Assembly (NCBI GenBank): GCA_963825865.1
Contig: CAWGVG010000005.1
Coordinates: forward strand, 76,039 to 140,038
Direction: 5' to 3'
Source: an uncultured Nitrososphaeraceae archaeon
GTDB taxonomy: Archaea; Thermoproteota; Nitrososphaeria; Nitrososphaerales; Nitrososphaeraceae
Length of the DNA: 64,000 nt
A program made the translations under genes and the position numbers. Under the pieces are notes generated by a model. It worked only from the letters and a program-made list of their open reading frames with translations, was not told the DNA's origin and did not search any database. How positions within the stretch are numbered: position 1 is the stretch's first letter; each line of letters begins with the position of its first letter. Below are positions 21,657-35,718 of this stretch, in pieces.

Positions 21657-22014
21657 TTAATTTGAGATCTCTACGTAAATGCTTTTATCGTTCTCTATTA
21701 TGCGGTATAAAATCAAATTATCTGACTTTCTCCATTCTAAAGTTTGCTCCATCCATGTTTCATCTTTTTTCCATGACTTGATATGCTCTAACTTTCCAGT
21801 AAAAACATTGAACTCATAACCATGCATATAACAAATGATATTATCTTTACTGAATTCACCTTTTGAAAGTGATGCACCTCTATGTGGACAGGAATTATTG
21901 CATGCAAATAATCTTCCATTTCTTCTTCCTACAAGAACATCAGGTACGGTTAATTGTAAAAATCAGCATAGAGTTATCGCATAGATCACTACTGTTGCAA
22001 ACTCTATAAAGCAT
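21657..22014 (-). CDS. Rieske [2Fe-2S] ferredoxin (frameshift near 21943)
   Basis: MLYRVCNSSDL...; NSCPHRGASL...IICYMHGYEF. Confidence 0.85.
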
Positions 22015-22324
22015 AGGTGAAAAAAGTGGCGGAAAACGTTTTATAAATATATAACGTTTCTAAAATACGGATTGGATCTTTAGGTCTTCTCTGCAAGAGA
22101 CAAACTTATACTTTCGGAACAATTAAATGAGACATTCATAAGGTGATATTTTTCTCTTTTAATCATATTTTAAATCATTTTTTACATAAAATAATATCGA
22201 ATTAAAAGGTTGATAAATATTAACAGAAGGTAAGGATCAGCTAGAATAAAGACAATGACAAGAGGAAGAAAAGAGTAACCAAACTAAAATGTATGTGACA
22301 TCCTTTACATTCTATAGATAATTA

Positions 22325-23632
22325 ATGTCTGTTAGATGTAATGATATTAAATCGGTTGATTATATTGGAAAACAGGTTACAATCAGAGGTTGGATACACA
22401 GAATAAGAAGACAAAAGGAAAACACATTCATCATACTTCGTGATGACCGTGGCGGCGTGATTCAGACTATATTTCCTACTGAAAAAGCAGCTCATCTTAC
22501 AATACAGTCATCTATTGAAATTACTGGCACATTAAGACTAGATCCGAGAGCTCCAGAAGGCGGTTATGAAATCAAGGGAAATGATTTAAAAACCTTTAAT
22601 ATTGCTGGAATTGACTTTCCCATAGGCAAATATCAGAGCGCTGAACTATTGTTGGACAAAAGACATCTTACTGTGAGAAGTCGGCGAATGATTGCAATAG
22701 CAAAGATCCGGGCTTCAATTATAAAATTTGCTCGTGAATGGTTTATAAAAAATGATTGGATTGAAGTAACTGCTCCTATTATCGTTAAAGGTGCAGTTGA
22801 AGGCGGTTCTACACTTTTCAAACTTAAATATTTTGATGAAGAGGCATATCTTTCACAAAGCGCACAACTATACCTTGAAGCAATGATCTTTTGTTTAGGA
22901 CCGGTTTGGAGTATTACGCCGTCATTTAGAGCAGAAAAATCTAGAACTGTTCGCCATCTCGCGGAATTTTCACATCTTGAAGCCGAAGCTCCATGGGTTA
23001 ATCTGGAAGATATATTGGTAGTGCAAGAACAATTAATTTCACATATTGTTCAAAATACGATCAATGAAAGAGCGGAGGAACTCGATTTGTTAAAAAGGGA
23101 TGTTACTGACTTAAAAATGGTAGAAGCACCATTCGACAGGATTTCATACAAAAAAGCAATTGAACTTCTGCAATCTAAAGGATTTATGATAATAGAAGAA
23201 GATGGAAGCAAGCATAGTATCAAATGGGGCGATGACCTCAATATTGATTCGGAACGCGAACTTACAAAAAATGCTACCAAGCCTATTTTTGTAGTTGGTT
23301 ATCCAATTGAAGTGAAGCCGTTCTACGTCAAAGAAGACTGTAGTAGTATGGGATTAGGACTTGCTGCTGATATGCTTGCTCCAAAAGGGTTTGGAGAAAT
23401 TACCAGCGGAGGATTGAGAGAAGACAATATTGCATTACTTACAAAAAGAATAGAAAAAGAAGGACTGAATCCAACTACATATGAATGGTATTTAGATCTC
23501 AGAAAATATGGTTCTGTTCCACACGGCGGCTTTGGATTGGGAATTGAGCGTTTGATAAGATGGATTACAAATGTAGTAGATATCAAAGACACGGTCCTGT
23601 TTCCAAGAACCATTTCACGAGTTACACCATAA
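22325..23632 (+). CDS. asnS: Asparagine--tRNA ligase
   Basis: OB fold, YLSQSAQLYLE, FRAEKSRTVRHLAEF, YGSVPHGGFGLGIER. Confidence 0.9.
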   Translation: MSVRCNDIKSVDYIGKQVTIRGWIHRIRRQKENTFIILRDDRGGVIQTIFPTEKAAHLTIQSSIEITGTLRLDPRAPEGGYEIKGNDLKTFNIAGIDFPIGKYQSAELLLDKRHLTVRSRRMIAIAKIRASIIKFAREWFIKNDWIEVTAPIIVKGAVEGGSTLFKLKYFDEEAYLSQSAQLYLEAMIFCLGPVWSITPSFRAEKSRTVRHLAEFSHLEAEAPWVNLEDILVVQEQLISHIVQNTINERAEELDLLKRDVTDLKMVEAPFDRISYKKAIELLQSKGFMIIEEDGSKHSIKWGDDLNIDSERELTKNATKPIFVVGYPIEVKPFYVKEDCSSMGLGLAADMLAPKGFGEITSGGLREDNIALLTKRIEKEGLNPTTYEWYLDLRKYGSVPHGGFGLGIERLIRWITNVVDIKDTVLFPRTISRVTP

Positions 23633-23911
23633 TTATTTGAGAATGAACAAAATTTAATAAAATAATGTGATAATTATGCCGATGTTTATAGCTCGGATAA
23701 AATTAGAAGTATATATAAAATCTCCATTTAGATATAAGTATCATGAAACTCAATTAGATTTTTACTGAAATTGTGGTATTTCCAGTATCCCGGATGGAAT
23801 CTTATCATAAAGATTGATCTCGTATTGAATTTCATATCAACGCATCATACTCAAATATTTGTAAAGCACAATGATTAAGAATTTAAGGTACCAAAAATAA
23901 CAAGTTACTGG

Positions 23912-24234
23912 ATGGTTCAAATCCTATATCAAAACCTGGACAACTCTGATTCTAACTTTTACTATATAGGCATACCAAAGGACTGGAATGGTGCCAACGA
24001 CAATGAAGTAACTGTAATCGTAGACGATATTTGTGTTGTCGTTCCACAAACAATTGCGGGAGCAACTGGAGAACTAATAGTTTTAAGGCTCTCGAGGCAA
24101 TGATGGCAGGGAACATAATTGATGCGGGAGATATACAAAAGGCAATAGAACACATTCTATAGAATGCGATCATGTTTTGTAGTGACACAGGTAGTCTACA
24201 AAAAGCAATACTTGTGACTGGCGTAACAGATTAA
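23912..24234 (+). CDS. Hypothetical protein, frameshifted
   Basis: ORF 23912-24103 plus coding-like continuation ending KAILVTGVTD. Confidence 0.45.
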
Positions 24235-24538
24235 GCTGTTTCAGGATAATTAATTAGATCTCTTGATACGCACATTTACGTGTCTGAAATTAGTTGTAAT
24301 GTTTAGCATTGTTCAAATTTAAACACGATAGCAGCAGATAATTCGAAAGCTTCACTTTCATCGGTATTGGATCTGTTTTCTTAATGTATACGATACTACC
24401 CTTCTAGATACGAGTCAAAATTTCTCGATCTCGTATTGAATTAACTTTGTGTTTAATAATATATGTATTTTATTTTCAACGCAACATATGATCTATCACA
24501 TCATGTTTTTATATTTCACGCTTCAATAATGTCTTGTT

Positions 24539-24769
24539 ATGCCAAAAGCCTTTGTATTGATGAATGCTGAGCTAGGAAGTGAAGATTCAATTGTTAGTGA
24601 ACTGAAAAAACTCGAGGGTGTAAACGTGGTCTATCAAGTTTATGGAGTTTATGATATAGTAGCTCAGGTTGAAGCAGACACGATGGAAAAGGTCAAAGAA
24701 ACAATTACTTGGAAGCTAAGAAAACTAAATGGCGTCAAATCGACCCTTACCATGATCGTTATGGAATAA
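24539..24769 (+). CDS. Lrp/AsnC ligand-binding (RAM) domain protein
   Basis: AFVLMN...VYGVYDIVAQV...STLTMI. Confidence 0.9.
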   Translation: MPKAFVLMNAELGSEDSIVSELKKLEGVNVVYQVYGVYDIVAQVEADTMEKVKETITWKLRKLNGVKSTLTMIVME

Positions 24770-25253
24770 GTAGTTCTGCCAATGGTGAAGATTTTTTGTA
24801 TTTGTTTTTATATTTAAACTATTTCTATATGTTTTTTTGACTATGCTCATCAGGCTTGTTTATTCCAGAATTTTTTGGGAAGGATAAAAGATGCATTAGT
24901 CACTATCAGCAGAGTCAGATATCATCATAAAAATCAAGCAAATAGATTGAAACATGTTTTCTAACAATATTGACTTATTGTGAGCGGGAGAGGTCATTTA
25001 AGAGAAAATATAATAAAAGCAAGGACTTGTATTTTGAAACTCAAATAGTGCTAATCCGGTAGTTGGTTAGTAAAACGCAAAGTTCATTATAAAGATTTTT
25101 TGTAAGAATAGTTGGGTCATTAGTTGACGGATTTTCGATGATATATTCACCATTCGATTGATTCTATTCTAATATCCGGGGTATTATACCATCATTCAAT
25201 ATATTGATCGCAACTTTAATGAATGCGACGCTGATAATTGATAATGCTTCAAC

Positions 25254-25418
25254 ATGGATCTATTTAAGAGAAGAGAAAAAGCAGAGCAAGGAACTTACAA
25301 ATGCAAGTACTGCGCCATGAAGTTTGAACATATAGAGACATTGAAAAGACATGCAAAAAAGGCGCACGGTGATAAAAGTGATGATATCCCCAATGTAAAT
25401 CCTTTTGGCGGTTTTTAG
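25254..25418 (+). CDS. Small C2H2 zinc-finger protein (54 aa)
   Basis: YKCKYCAMKF...LKRHAKKAH. Confidence 0.75.
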   Translation: MDLFKRREKAEQGTYKCKYCAMKFEHIETLKRHAKKAHGDKSDDIPNVNPFGGF

Positions 25419-25467
25419 AGTATATAAGCCTTATTTAAGATGTTTTTACCAGATAGAAATAAATAAT

Positions 25468-26448
25468 ATGTTTCCCATTCATGATGACACAGAGCGTATC
25501 CACGGCAGACCATATGTAAACTATAGTTTGATCGCAATTAACGCTATAGTGTTCGTGTGGGAGATAATAGTGACGGGCTTTTTCACAAACACACAAGCAA
25601 AAGAGGCAATTTTTTACACATATGGCGTGATTCCAAAATTCCTTCTAGCCGGCTATCTGCCATCCGTTTTAACTTCGATGTTTATACACGGGAGTTTAGC
25701 TCACATTGTGGGAAACATGGTATTTTTGTTCGTATTTGGAGACAACATTGAAGATAGATTTGGACGCATTAAATATATCCTAATTTATATTGCATGGGGA
25801 ATGGTGGCTGCTTTTGTACACAGTGTCTATGCAGTTAGTGCTGGAGCTGGTGAAATTCCTGCAGTGGGAGCATCAGGAGCTATTTCCGGAGTTTTAGGGG
25901 CATATCTGGTTATATTTCCTAGAGCAAAGATTTTCACGGTGATAATAGCTTTTTTTATAACAACTGTCCGTATACCTGCATTAGCCTACATCCCGTTTTG
26001 GTTTGTTTTACAAGTTATCTTTGCACTAATAGGCCCATCTGGTGGTGGAGTTGCTTACCTTGCGCATATAGGTGGATTTGTTGCGGGTATGGGAAGTGGA
26101 TATGTGTGGAAGTTTTTATTAGGACGAAATATATTAAAGCTACCAGTTACAACGAAAAATCAGACAGTCCGAAAAGAAAGACCAAGAATAGAAGACGCCG
26201 CTCCTCAAGTTGCCCCAGAAGTTATCGAGGGTCCAGATTTCTATGAGATCATCGCTGAAATGCGTGGGATATCTAATGCATCACATATTCATGCTAATTA
26301 TGAGTCAGATACTAGAATCGTACGAATAACTGCGACTGGATCAAGGAAATATGAGATGACGGCAAAACTACCAGATACCGCTATCAGTCCAACAATCGAA
26401 TATATTCATTACCTAAACGGGATCGCAAGAATCCGTTTAGTGAAATAA
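25468..26448 (+). CDS. Rhomboid intramembrane serine protease with soluble C-terminal domain
   Basis: SMFIH...HIVGNM, GASGAISG, AHIGGF; start taken at MFPIHD. Confidence 0.93.
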   Translation: MFPIHDDTERIHGRPYVNYSLIAINAIVFVWEIIVTGFFTNTQAKEAIFYTYGVIPKFLLAGYLPSVLTSMFIHGSLAHIVGNMVFLFVFGDNIEDRFGRIKYILIYIAWGMVAAFVHSVYAVSAGAGEIPAVGASGAISGVLGAYLVIFPRAKIFTVIIAFFITTVRIPALAYIPFWFVLQVIFALIGPSGGGVAYLAHIGGFVAGMGSGYVWKFLLGRNILKLPVTTKNQTVRKERPRIEDAAPQVAPEVIEGPDFYEIIAEMRGISNASHIHANYESDTRIVRITATGSRKYEMTAKLPDTAISPTIEYIHYLNGIARIRLVK

Positions 26449-26630
26449 TTCATAGTTTATATTAATTTTCAGTTACAAATTCATCCTCTCTATAACCAGC
26501 AGATGTCTTTAGCTGTTAATATATCTGTATTTTATGCATGCAAGAACAGAGCACGAATATTTCAGGATCAGACCACTCATGAAAGAAGCAAGACAAAAGT
26601 TTATAGATATCTTCAAACTCTTCTCCTACT

Positions 26631-27245
26631 ATGGCGCAGCAAACCCCTCCAAAAAAAGGGGGTAAGGTATCGCGGCGTGATTTTCTAAAGCTAATGGCAG
26701 CTGCGGGTACTGTTATAACGTTTGTACCATTTGTAGATTGGGGCAAATTTTTACCCAATCCGTCAGGTAAAGTAGCAGAAAAAGCCAAGGTTGAGCTCCC
26801 AGATGGCACTCAGGCTAATGTTAAAACTTTTCAAGTTAATCATTCTGAATCGGTTATATATCCAAAAACTGATGATTCTGTATTAAATAAAGAATCGTTT
26901 AGAATCTGGCAATTTATAAGATTGCCAGAGGAGCTCGGTGGAACCAAAAATGACGTATCAGCTTTTAGAATGTATAGCATGGTATGTCTGCATCTTTGGT
27001 GTCTATGGAAGTATTGGCCTGATCCAGGAAGAAAAAGAGGGGAATGTCCGTGTCATGGCAGTATGTATGATCCTCTCACAGGGAAAGCATTTGCTGGACC
27101 AGCATCATTACAAGCTCCTCCGTCCAATGTTCTTCCAAGCCTGGATCTTGAAAGTGACGCTAATGGGAATATATGGGTGAAACCTCCTAATTGGAGTCCA
27201 AATGGGAATGGGATAGTAGGATTTGGTCGCTTCCTTAGAACGTGA
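26631..27245 (+). CDS. petC: Complex III Rieske subunit (Tat signal)
   Basis: SRRDFLK; CLHLWC...CPCHGS. Confidence 0.93.
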   Translation: MAQQTPPKKGGKVSRRDFLKLMAAAGTVITFVPFVDWGKFLPNPSGKVAEKAKVELPDGTQANVKTFQVNHSESVIYPKTDDSVLNKESFRIWQFIRLPEELGGTKNDVSAFRMYSMVCLHLWCLWKYWPDPGRKRGECPCHGSMYDPLTGKAFAGPASLQAPPSNVLPSLDLESDANGNIWVKPPNWSPNGNGIVGFGRFLRT

Positions 27246-28875
27246 AAATAGTCTAGTAATATTCCTTAAATGGATTTACGCTGGCGTAGAGCGAACTATA
27301 TTCATGGGATTGAAATTTACGCTCCCTGGAAGATTCGTTAGCCCCCTCGGTTTCCTTGGTATGCTTACTTTTGTCTTATTCATTATCCTGGGCATTACTG
27401 GTGCATTGTTGATGCTTTTTTACGAACCAGAGCTGGATAGGGCGTGGAAAAGTGTTCAGACTATCAACGACGTAATTCCATATGGATTCCACATACGTAA
27501 TATACACTACCATGCATCCAACGCAATGGTAATGTTGGCGCTCCTTCATATGTATTATCAGTATTTTAGTGGAAGATACAAGATTAGGAATGAAATTCTC
27601 TGGGTAACAGGATTCTTCTAGGCGTACTTACAATTCTGGAAGCATTTACTGGATATGATATTATATTTAGTGAACGTGCAGAACTTGCCATTTCTATTGC
27701 CGCTTCGTTGACCAACTCCATACCCATCCTAGGTCCACAGATGAGAGAGGCATTCTTTGGTGGAGGATTCCATGATTTCGTGTTACGATTCTATGCTTTC
27801 CATGTGTTCTTCCTTCCAATTTTCTTGCTGGGATTAATGGTTGTCCATTTCCCAAGATTCCTTGTATTTGATGTACCAATGGTTATGGCAATTTCAGGTG
27901 CAGTCATGTTAACTGGTGGTGTGTTCCCTGTAGATCTTGGGACAAGGTTCGATCCTGCCACACCACCTGGTATCACTGTGCCCGAATGGTATCTAACAGG
28001 ACTCTATGCCTTTCTACGTACACAATGTACGACAAGTTTGTAACAGGTGTCGCATGGCCTGGTCTTTTCATATTTGCGTTATTCAGTATGTCCTTTTGTA
28101 GACAGATACAAAAAATTCTCGTGGAAGGATAGACCAATAATTACTGCTGTTGGCATAACAAGCATTGCCCAAATTATGGTTACAACTTATTGGGGATTTT
28201 ATATCGATCCCGATATTAAAAAGGCTTTATTGGAAAGATTAGTAATTGATCCCATATTCTTCTATCTTATAATGCTGCTGCTAGTGCCGCTTTCTTTTGG
28301 GTTTACATACATGATGATAAAGCTTGCCAAGAACGCAGAGGCAAATGCTAAACTCCAGCCAAAGAAACCAAGTGGTAAGAGTTCAATCAATCTTACCCAA
28401 AGATGGACTTACATAATATTTGTGGCATTGCTAGCATTTCAAATATATCTAAATATTTCGGCGTATTATGCTGTCCTTAACGGGATGAAGAACTTCTCAC
28501 TGTTTGTAATTGGTATCATAATGCTAGTATTTGCTGGAATGTTTCACATTTACAGGCATGCTAGAACAATGGCAAGGGCGCCGCCGCCACAACCCCCATC
28601 GAGACCCCCAACTCCACCAATGGCCGCCAAACCTACACCTGTTGCTGTCGAAAAGCCAATGGCTCCTCCTCAGCCTGTACAAACACAAAAGGCAACTGGA
28701 ACTCAGTATGCTGGCCAGACATCTCAATCAAAACCAAGCAGTATGAGTCAAGATACGAGCTTCTCCAAGTGGAACAAAAGGGATGAACACACAGAATATT
28801 CCTTCTGCAACACAAGGTACAGAAACGCATGACAAAGATACCAACATCCGCGATCAGTCAAAAAAGGTCCAATAA
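27223..28875 (+). CDS. petB: Cytochrome b of complex III (several frameshifts)
   Basis: IRNIHYHASN, LLHM, FHVF, PEWY; pieces 27223-27621, 27708-28043, 28047-28832. Confidence 0.9.
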
Positions 28876-28964
28876 TATACAGTATAGCTAAAATGAGATA
28901 TCATTAACAAATAAACTTTATATGTGAAAAATAAACGACATATCACAAAGGACGATCATAATCT

Positions 28965-29426
28965 ATGGAAAATCATGCTGCAGGTATTAGTATCATCACA
29001 TTTGTGATTGCTGTAGCTACAAGTATGGGATACTATCAGTTTGTGTATATTCCCCAAGCGAATGCGAAACCTCAACTTCCTTCAGAAGTATTGAATCCAC
29101 CACAAACCACAAACGTTATAATAATATATGGTTCCTCCTCTCCCTCACAGACTAAGAACTTTACTCCCAAGGAAGTCGGTGGCGCCTTAGGCCTCTCAAA
29201 CAAGGTCATATGGAAAAATAATGATGCAGTTGCTCATTCTGTTACATCAGATACAGACTTCAAGGATAAAGTTAACGGTCCGTTTAACTCCATTGCTAAA
29301 ACAGGTTTGATTCCACCACAACAGACATTTGAGTTCACGTTCACAGCTGAGGGTGAATATCATTACCATTGTGAACCACATCCTTGGATGCAGGCAGTGG
29401 TTAAAATTGAAAAGGCAAAGTTTTAA
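28965..29426 (+). CDS. Membrane-anchored blue copper (plastocyanin-like) protein
   Basis: WKNND...HSVT; YHCEPHPWM. Confidence 0.92.
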   Translation: MENHAAGISIITFVIAVATSMGYYQFVYIPQANAKPQLPSEVLNPPQTTNVIIIYGSSSPSQTKNFTPKEVGGALGLSNKVIWKNNDAVAHSVTSDTDFKDKVNGPFNSIAKTGLIPPQQTFEFTFTAEGEYHYHCEPHPWMQAVVKIEKAKF

Positions 29427-29475
29427 CCAGTGAAGTAAAAATCCGCTGAGCTACAAATGGATGGTGTGCAGAGCT

Positions 29476-29832
29476 CTATTTTATTATTTTTATATAAGTG
29501 ACGTCACTTGCAATTTCTTTGTGTTCCTGTATGATTGTTACACGGAATTTTGTATTCGAGAATTTACTTGCAGGAACGTGTTTTGTAGTAGCAATAAATT
29601 CCAACATCTTCCTTGTCCCTATATCGTCTTTGAATATAGAAAGTCTTGCATAAGGACAGTTGATCTTTTTTCCGTTCAGGTCAGTGTAATTGAAAATATC
29701 ATTTGAATTTTCTATCTGTGAATTAATTACTATGCTATCAAACCTCCCACTATACTTAATATCTATCATGCCATGAATATCCTGACCAGGAGACATTTCC
29801 TTTTCTACCATAGTGATTAAAACATCTTTCAT
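29476..29832 (-). CDS. Hypothetical protein
   Basis: 118-aa beta-rich ORF. Confidence 0.7.
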   Translation of the reverse strand: MKDVLITMVEKEMSPGQDIHGMIDIKYSGRFDSIVINSQIENSNDIFNYTDLNGKKINCPYARLSIFKDDIGTRKMLEFIATTKHVPASKFSNTKFRVTIIQEHKEIASDVTYIKIIK

Positions 29833-30031
29833 TTAAAATAATAACACTTAATTATAACATAATAATGTATATGCATATATATATAAATAGAGAGTGCACT
29901 AATAATAAAGCAGTTTTTATAGATATCGTATAATTTATCTATAGTACATATAAGGTAAATGCTTATTGAATAAAATTAAATAAAATTAAATAGCATCGAT
30001 TAAATTAACATATTAAATATCATTATAGTTA

Positions 30032-30871
30032 TTGTCTAATTTTTTTGATCAAGCTATTCCCCAACGGATGACTTATGTCAACAGTTATGGGATAAGGTAT
30101 CTCGACTATGATTATATCTCCCATCAATCAGATGACTATAAATTTCTGATCCTTTTACATGGACTTGGAGCCTCCGCTGAAAGATGGTTGCCTATAGCTC
30201 CAACTTTATCCAAGTACTTCAGAGTAATTGTTCCTGATATTATTGGTTTTGGATATAGTGATAAACCTACTGTAGAATATACGATGGATTTTTTTATCGA
30301 GTTCTTTGAAGAATTTATAGACAATGTACATATTCATAGACCGATTATAATTGGCTCATCGTTTGGAGGCTACTTAGCAACAGAATACGCAATCAGATTC
30401 AATAGTAGAGTAGAAAAATTAGTTTTAGCTGCTCCAGCAGGAATGATGCGATCTTCAACTAATGTTCTTGATCAATATATCATGGCTGCATTATACCCGA
30501 CCTATGAAAATGCTCTTAGAGCTTTTATGGATATGGCATATGACCCTAGCATAGTTACAGAAGATACCGTTAGAGATTTTATAAACAGAATGAGACTCCC
30601 AAATGCAAAGTATGCATTTATGTCTACGTTGTTAGGAATCAGAGACTCACCAAGACTTCTTGGCAGGCTATCAAAAATCCTAGCCCCAACTTTACTAATA
30701 TGGGGAGATAATGATAATATGATACCATTACAATACTCAAAAGAGTATAATGAAATCCCAGGTAGTAGCCTTGTAATATTAAAGGATTGTGGACATACTC
30801 CATTTATTGAAAGGCCAATCACATTCAGTCAAACTATTTTAAAATTTCTTGATGAACAGCAAAACACATAG
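30032..30871 (+). CDS. Alpha/beta hydrolase
   Basis: LLHGLG, GSSFGG nucleophile elbow, WGDND, GH. Confidence 0.92.
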   Translation: MSNFFDQAIPQRMTYVNSYGIRYLDYDYISHQSDDYKFLILLHGLGASAERWLPIAPTLSKYFRVIVPDIIGFGYSDKPTVEYTMDFFIEFFEEFIDNVHIHRPIIIGSSFGGYLATEYAIRFNSRVEKLVLAAPAGMMRSSTNVLDQYIMAALYPTYENALRAFMDMAYDPSIVTEDTVRDFINRMRLPNAKYAFMSTLLGIRDSPRLLGRLSKILAPTLLIWGDNDNMIPLQYSKEYNEIPGSSLVILKDCGHTPFIERPITFSQTILKFLDEQQNT

Positions 30872-31105
30872 ATCGATGTATGTCAAATGGAATTTTCCAT
30901 ATTTATTTTATCAGATTCTATCAATTCTTTGAGCATCAAAAAGCTTTTATACTCATTTTCTGCAACTTTGGTCGTCGATAATACCACAACAAGACTTCTC
31001 TCGTATCATGGACTCGCTTTATTGTTTCTTCACATCTTCTTTATCCATATGTAGAACATTTGTACTCTGAAATGACTGGATGTCAAAAACATGTTCATTT
31101 ACTTA

Positions 31106-33244
31106 TTAAGAATGTCTGATATGCCTTTCCAATTCCTCTATAGAGTAAATAGGAAGCGAGCATGTATTGTTTCTACAGACAAATGCGAATTCAGATTTAT
31201 TTTTTTTCCCTTTATCTGAATTTCTTCCTTTGAAGAATAGATATTTTTGCAACTCTTCGTAATTGTAAATCATTTTCTATGATAGCAATAATTCCGTTTG
31301 GAATAAATTGTTTATTTAACCAGTTTACCATCTGGGAATGCAGTTTCTGTTTTGTATTAAGTATGATTGTTATCTCTACGGGTTTCTTTACATATAGATA
31401 GATGGCTAGCAATAGCTGTCCAAATCCGAAAGGATTTTCTAGCGCAGTTTTGGCGCCTGCCTCGCATAATATGCTCCGCCTTGTCTATGATAATCATTGT
31501 TTTGACTGAAATGATAAAGCCTAAGCAGGTTAGATGCAGCCATCGAATTACCACTTGGTATAGCAAGATCATAAAGGTTCTTTGTTCTGACAATCAGTTG
31601 TTCATGATCATCTGAAGTAAAGAAAAGATTACCTTCATTATGGATCCCAGAAGTGCTGGATCATAAAGTCGGTATAAATTATTGCTTTTTCAAGATATCT
31701 CAGTCTTCGAGTTGACTCTCAAATACATCCAACAATGCATTGACATAAAATGCATAATCATCAAGATATGCATTTAAGTTTTGAAATTCCATCCTTAAAT
31801 GTTCTTTGCAATCTGCCATCATTTTTTGCAATTTTAGACTCGATGAAGTTTACTGCATTAATTGCAGCAATCAAGATACTTTTATTATCTAGTAATCTTA
31901 TAGCCTTTGGCGAAAGCTGATATCATTAACCCATTCCAAGAAGTTAGAATCTTATCATCTCTGCCCTGGTTTTACTCGTTTTTCTCTAATTTCAAAAAGT
32001 TTCTTCGAGGCATCATTGAGGATTCGCTTCTATTGCATCAGGTTGTCATATGATATTTTTGTCGCTAAAGAGTCTAATGAGGTTCTAATATTGAGTATGT
32101 TCTTCCCTTCAAAATTACCACCCTCTGTAACTCCATAATATTCACAAAAGATGTCAGCAATAATTCGTATCATCTAATAGCGTTAACAATTTCCATTTTT
32201 AGACCAGACATAGAATTTACCCTCTTCGCCCTCAGAATCTGCATCTTGAGCAGAATAAAATCCACCTTCAGGAGAGGTCATTTCTGCATATCATATAGTC
32301 CAAAATTTTTTCTACTATATCAAGATATCCTTCATATTACCGCTGATTTGATAGAGTTCTGCGTACAGCTTGCGTCAATAAAGCATTGTCATAAAGCATT
32401 TTTTCAAAATGAGGAACAAGCCATTTTTGATCTGTTGAATACCTAGCAAAGCCACCACCAAGATGATCATGAATACCACCAGCGGTCATCTTATCTGCTG
32501 TAAACATCACAAAATCTTTGAATCGATTAATTCCTGAAATATCATAGTAACGAAGAAGAAAGAGAAGATTAGAAGCATTTGGAAATTTTGGTGCTTGGCC
32601 AAACCCACCATAAATAGGATCGCCCATCTGCAATAATCCTATGGCTGCCTCATCTAATATTGATCGCTCAATATTAATATCTTCTTCTTTCCTTTGAACA
32701 TCTCTTGCGCTATGTGATAAGGCATGCATAAATTCAGAAGTTGCGGAATGGATTTCTTGTTTTTTGATCTTATATGCTTCGGCTAGTTGATTTAAGATCG
32801 TATCCAAAACCAGGCATACCGTACCTGCTATATTTTGGAAAATATGTGCCCACATAGAAAGGCTTTTGGTCAGGATGTCAAAAATACAGATAGTGGCCAG
32901 CCACCATTTCCAGTTGCAAGTTGGCAACTTTCTGATATATATCATCTATATCTGGTCTTTCCTCTCTATCTACTTTTATATTGATAAAATTTTCATTCAT
33001 TATATTAGCTATTTCTTCATCTTCAAAGGATTCATGTGCCATAACATGACACCAGTGGCATGCACTATATCCTATGCTGAGAAAGATTGGTTTGTCCTCT
33101 TTCTTTGCTCTTTGAAGAGACTCATTCTCCCCATGGATACCAATCAACTGGATTATAAGCATGTTGTAATAGATAAGGACTACTTTCATTAATCAATCTG
33201 TTAGATTTAGCATTATTATTATTATAATTGTGGTGTTTTTGCAC
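31106..33244 (-). CDS. YyaL/DUF255 thioredoxin-domain protein (many frameshifts)
   Basis: [65 protein letters not shown]. Confidence 0.88.
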
Positions 33245-33400
33245 TAGTTTAGCTTAACGATATTGGTATTTATAATCTGTGTCGTGTACAGTTAAAAAAA
33301 ATTTACAAGCTTAAAATAAGAATAAAAACTCAACTATATTTTTGATGTCAATTGTTAAGAGTTCTCTCATATTATCAACAATTCCTAGAATTATTAATAT

Positions 33401-33700
33401 CTAAGTACTCTTATTACTGTTAGTACCGTTAGTATTAGTTATATTCCTTAGAGAAGGTGGAGTTAGCAGCACTTTTGGATTTGTTATAATTTGTTCATGT
33501 GGAAGACCATATTGTTCTCTTAGTGTCCTCTGCTGTTCTGCTAAAGTGTCTGACGAAAAAGAGGGCCCTACATGTCCAAACCATATCCATAGAAGTATAA
33601 CTGCAGCAAGAGATAATCCCATGACTAATATTGACCAGGCGACAGGAGTAAGATTATGATATCCAGGCGACCCTCGCTCTTTTTCGTGATTGGCACACAT
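33401..33700 (-). CDS. Single-TM hypothetical protein
   Basis: One hydrophobic helix in 99 aa. Confidence 0.65.
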   Translation of the reverse strand: MCANHEKERGSPGYHNLTPVAWSILVMGLSLAAVILLWIWFGHVGPSFSSDTLAEQQRTLREQYGLPHEQIITNPKVLLTPPSLRNITNTNGTNSNKST

Positions 33701-33829
33701 ATATTGTGACAGGAAAAGGAATAATATATTTCGTTTAAAAGTATTTGCATTTTAAGTTCTACCCTGTTCGATTAGAGTATACAGTAGGACGTAACAATGA
33801 CTCTAAGTAATATATCGTGATAATTTTTA

Positions 33830-35452
<1,623 letters not shown>

Positions 35453-35718
35453 GTCGTATTATATTAACTTTATAATATATTGATTCAAGGTATATGATTG
35501 TTAGGCCAATGATTGTTAGGCCGTAATTGTGGAACCCACAAATACTATTTTAGACACGTCAGGTGCGGTTGAGTAATTAAAATCGATGTCGAATCCTTAT
35601 ATTTCTTGTTGAATATTATATATATAAATAAATATGGGATTAACCATACTACTCATATCATAGACATTCGGAAAATAGCATAAGGTTAAACACAACAAAA
35701 GGTTCTACAGACGATTCC

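Noticed and set aside
35496-35523. Short tandem duplication TGATTGTTAGGCC x2
   Set aside because: Two copies only; no functional support
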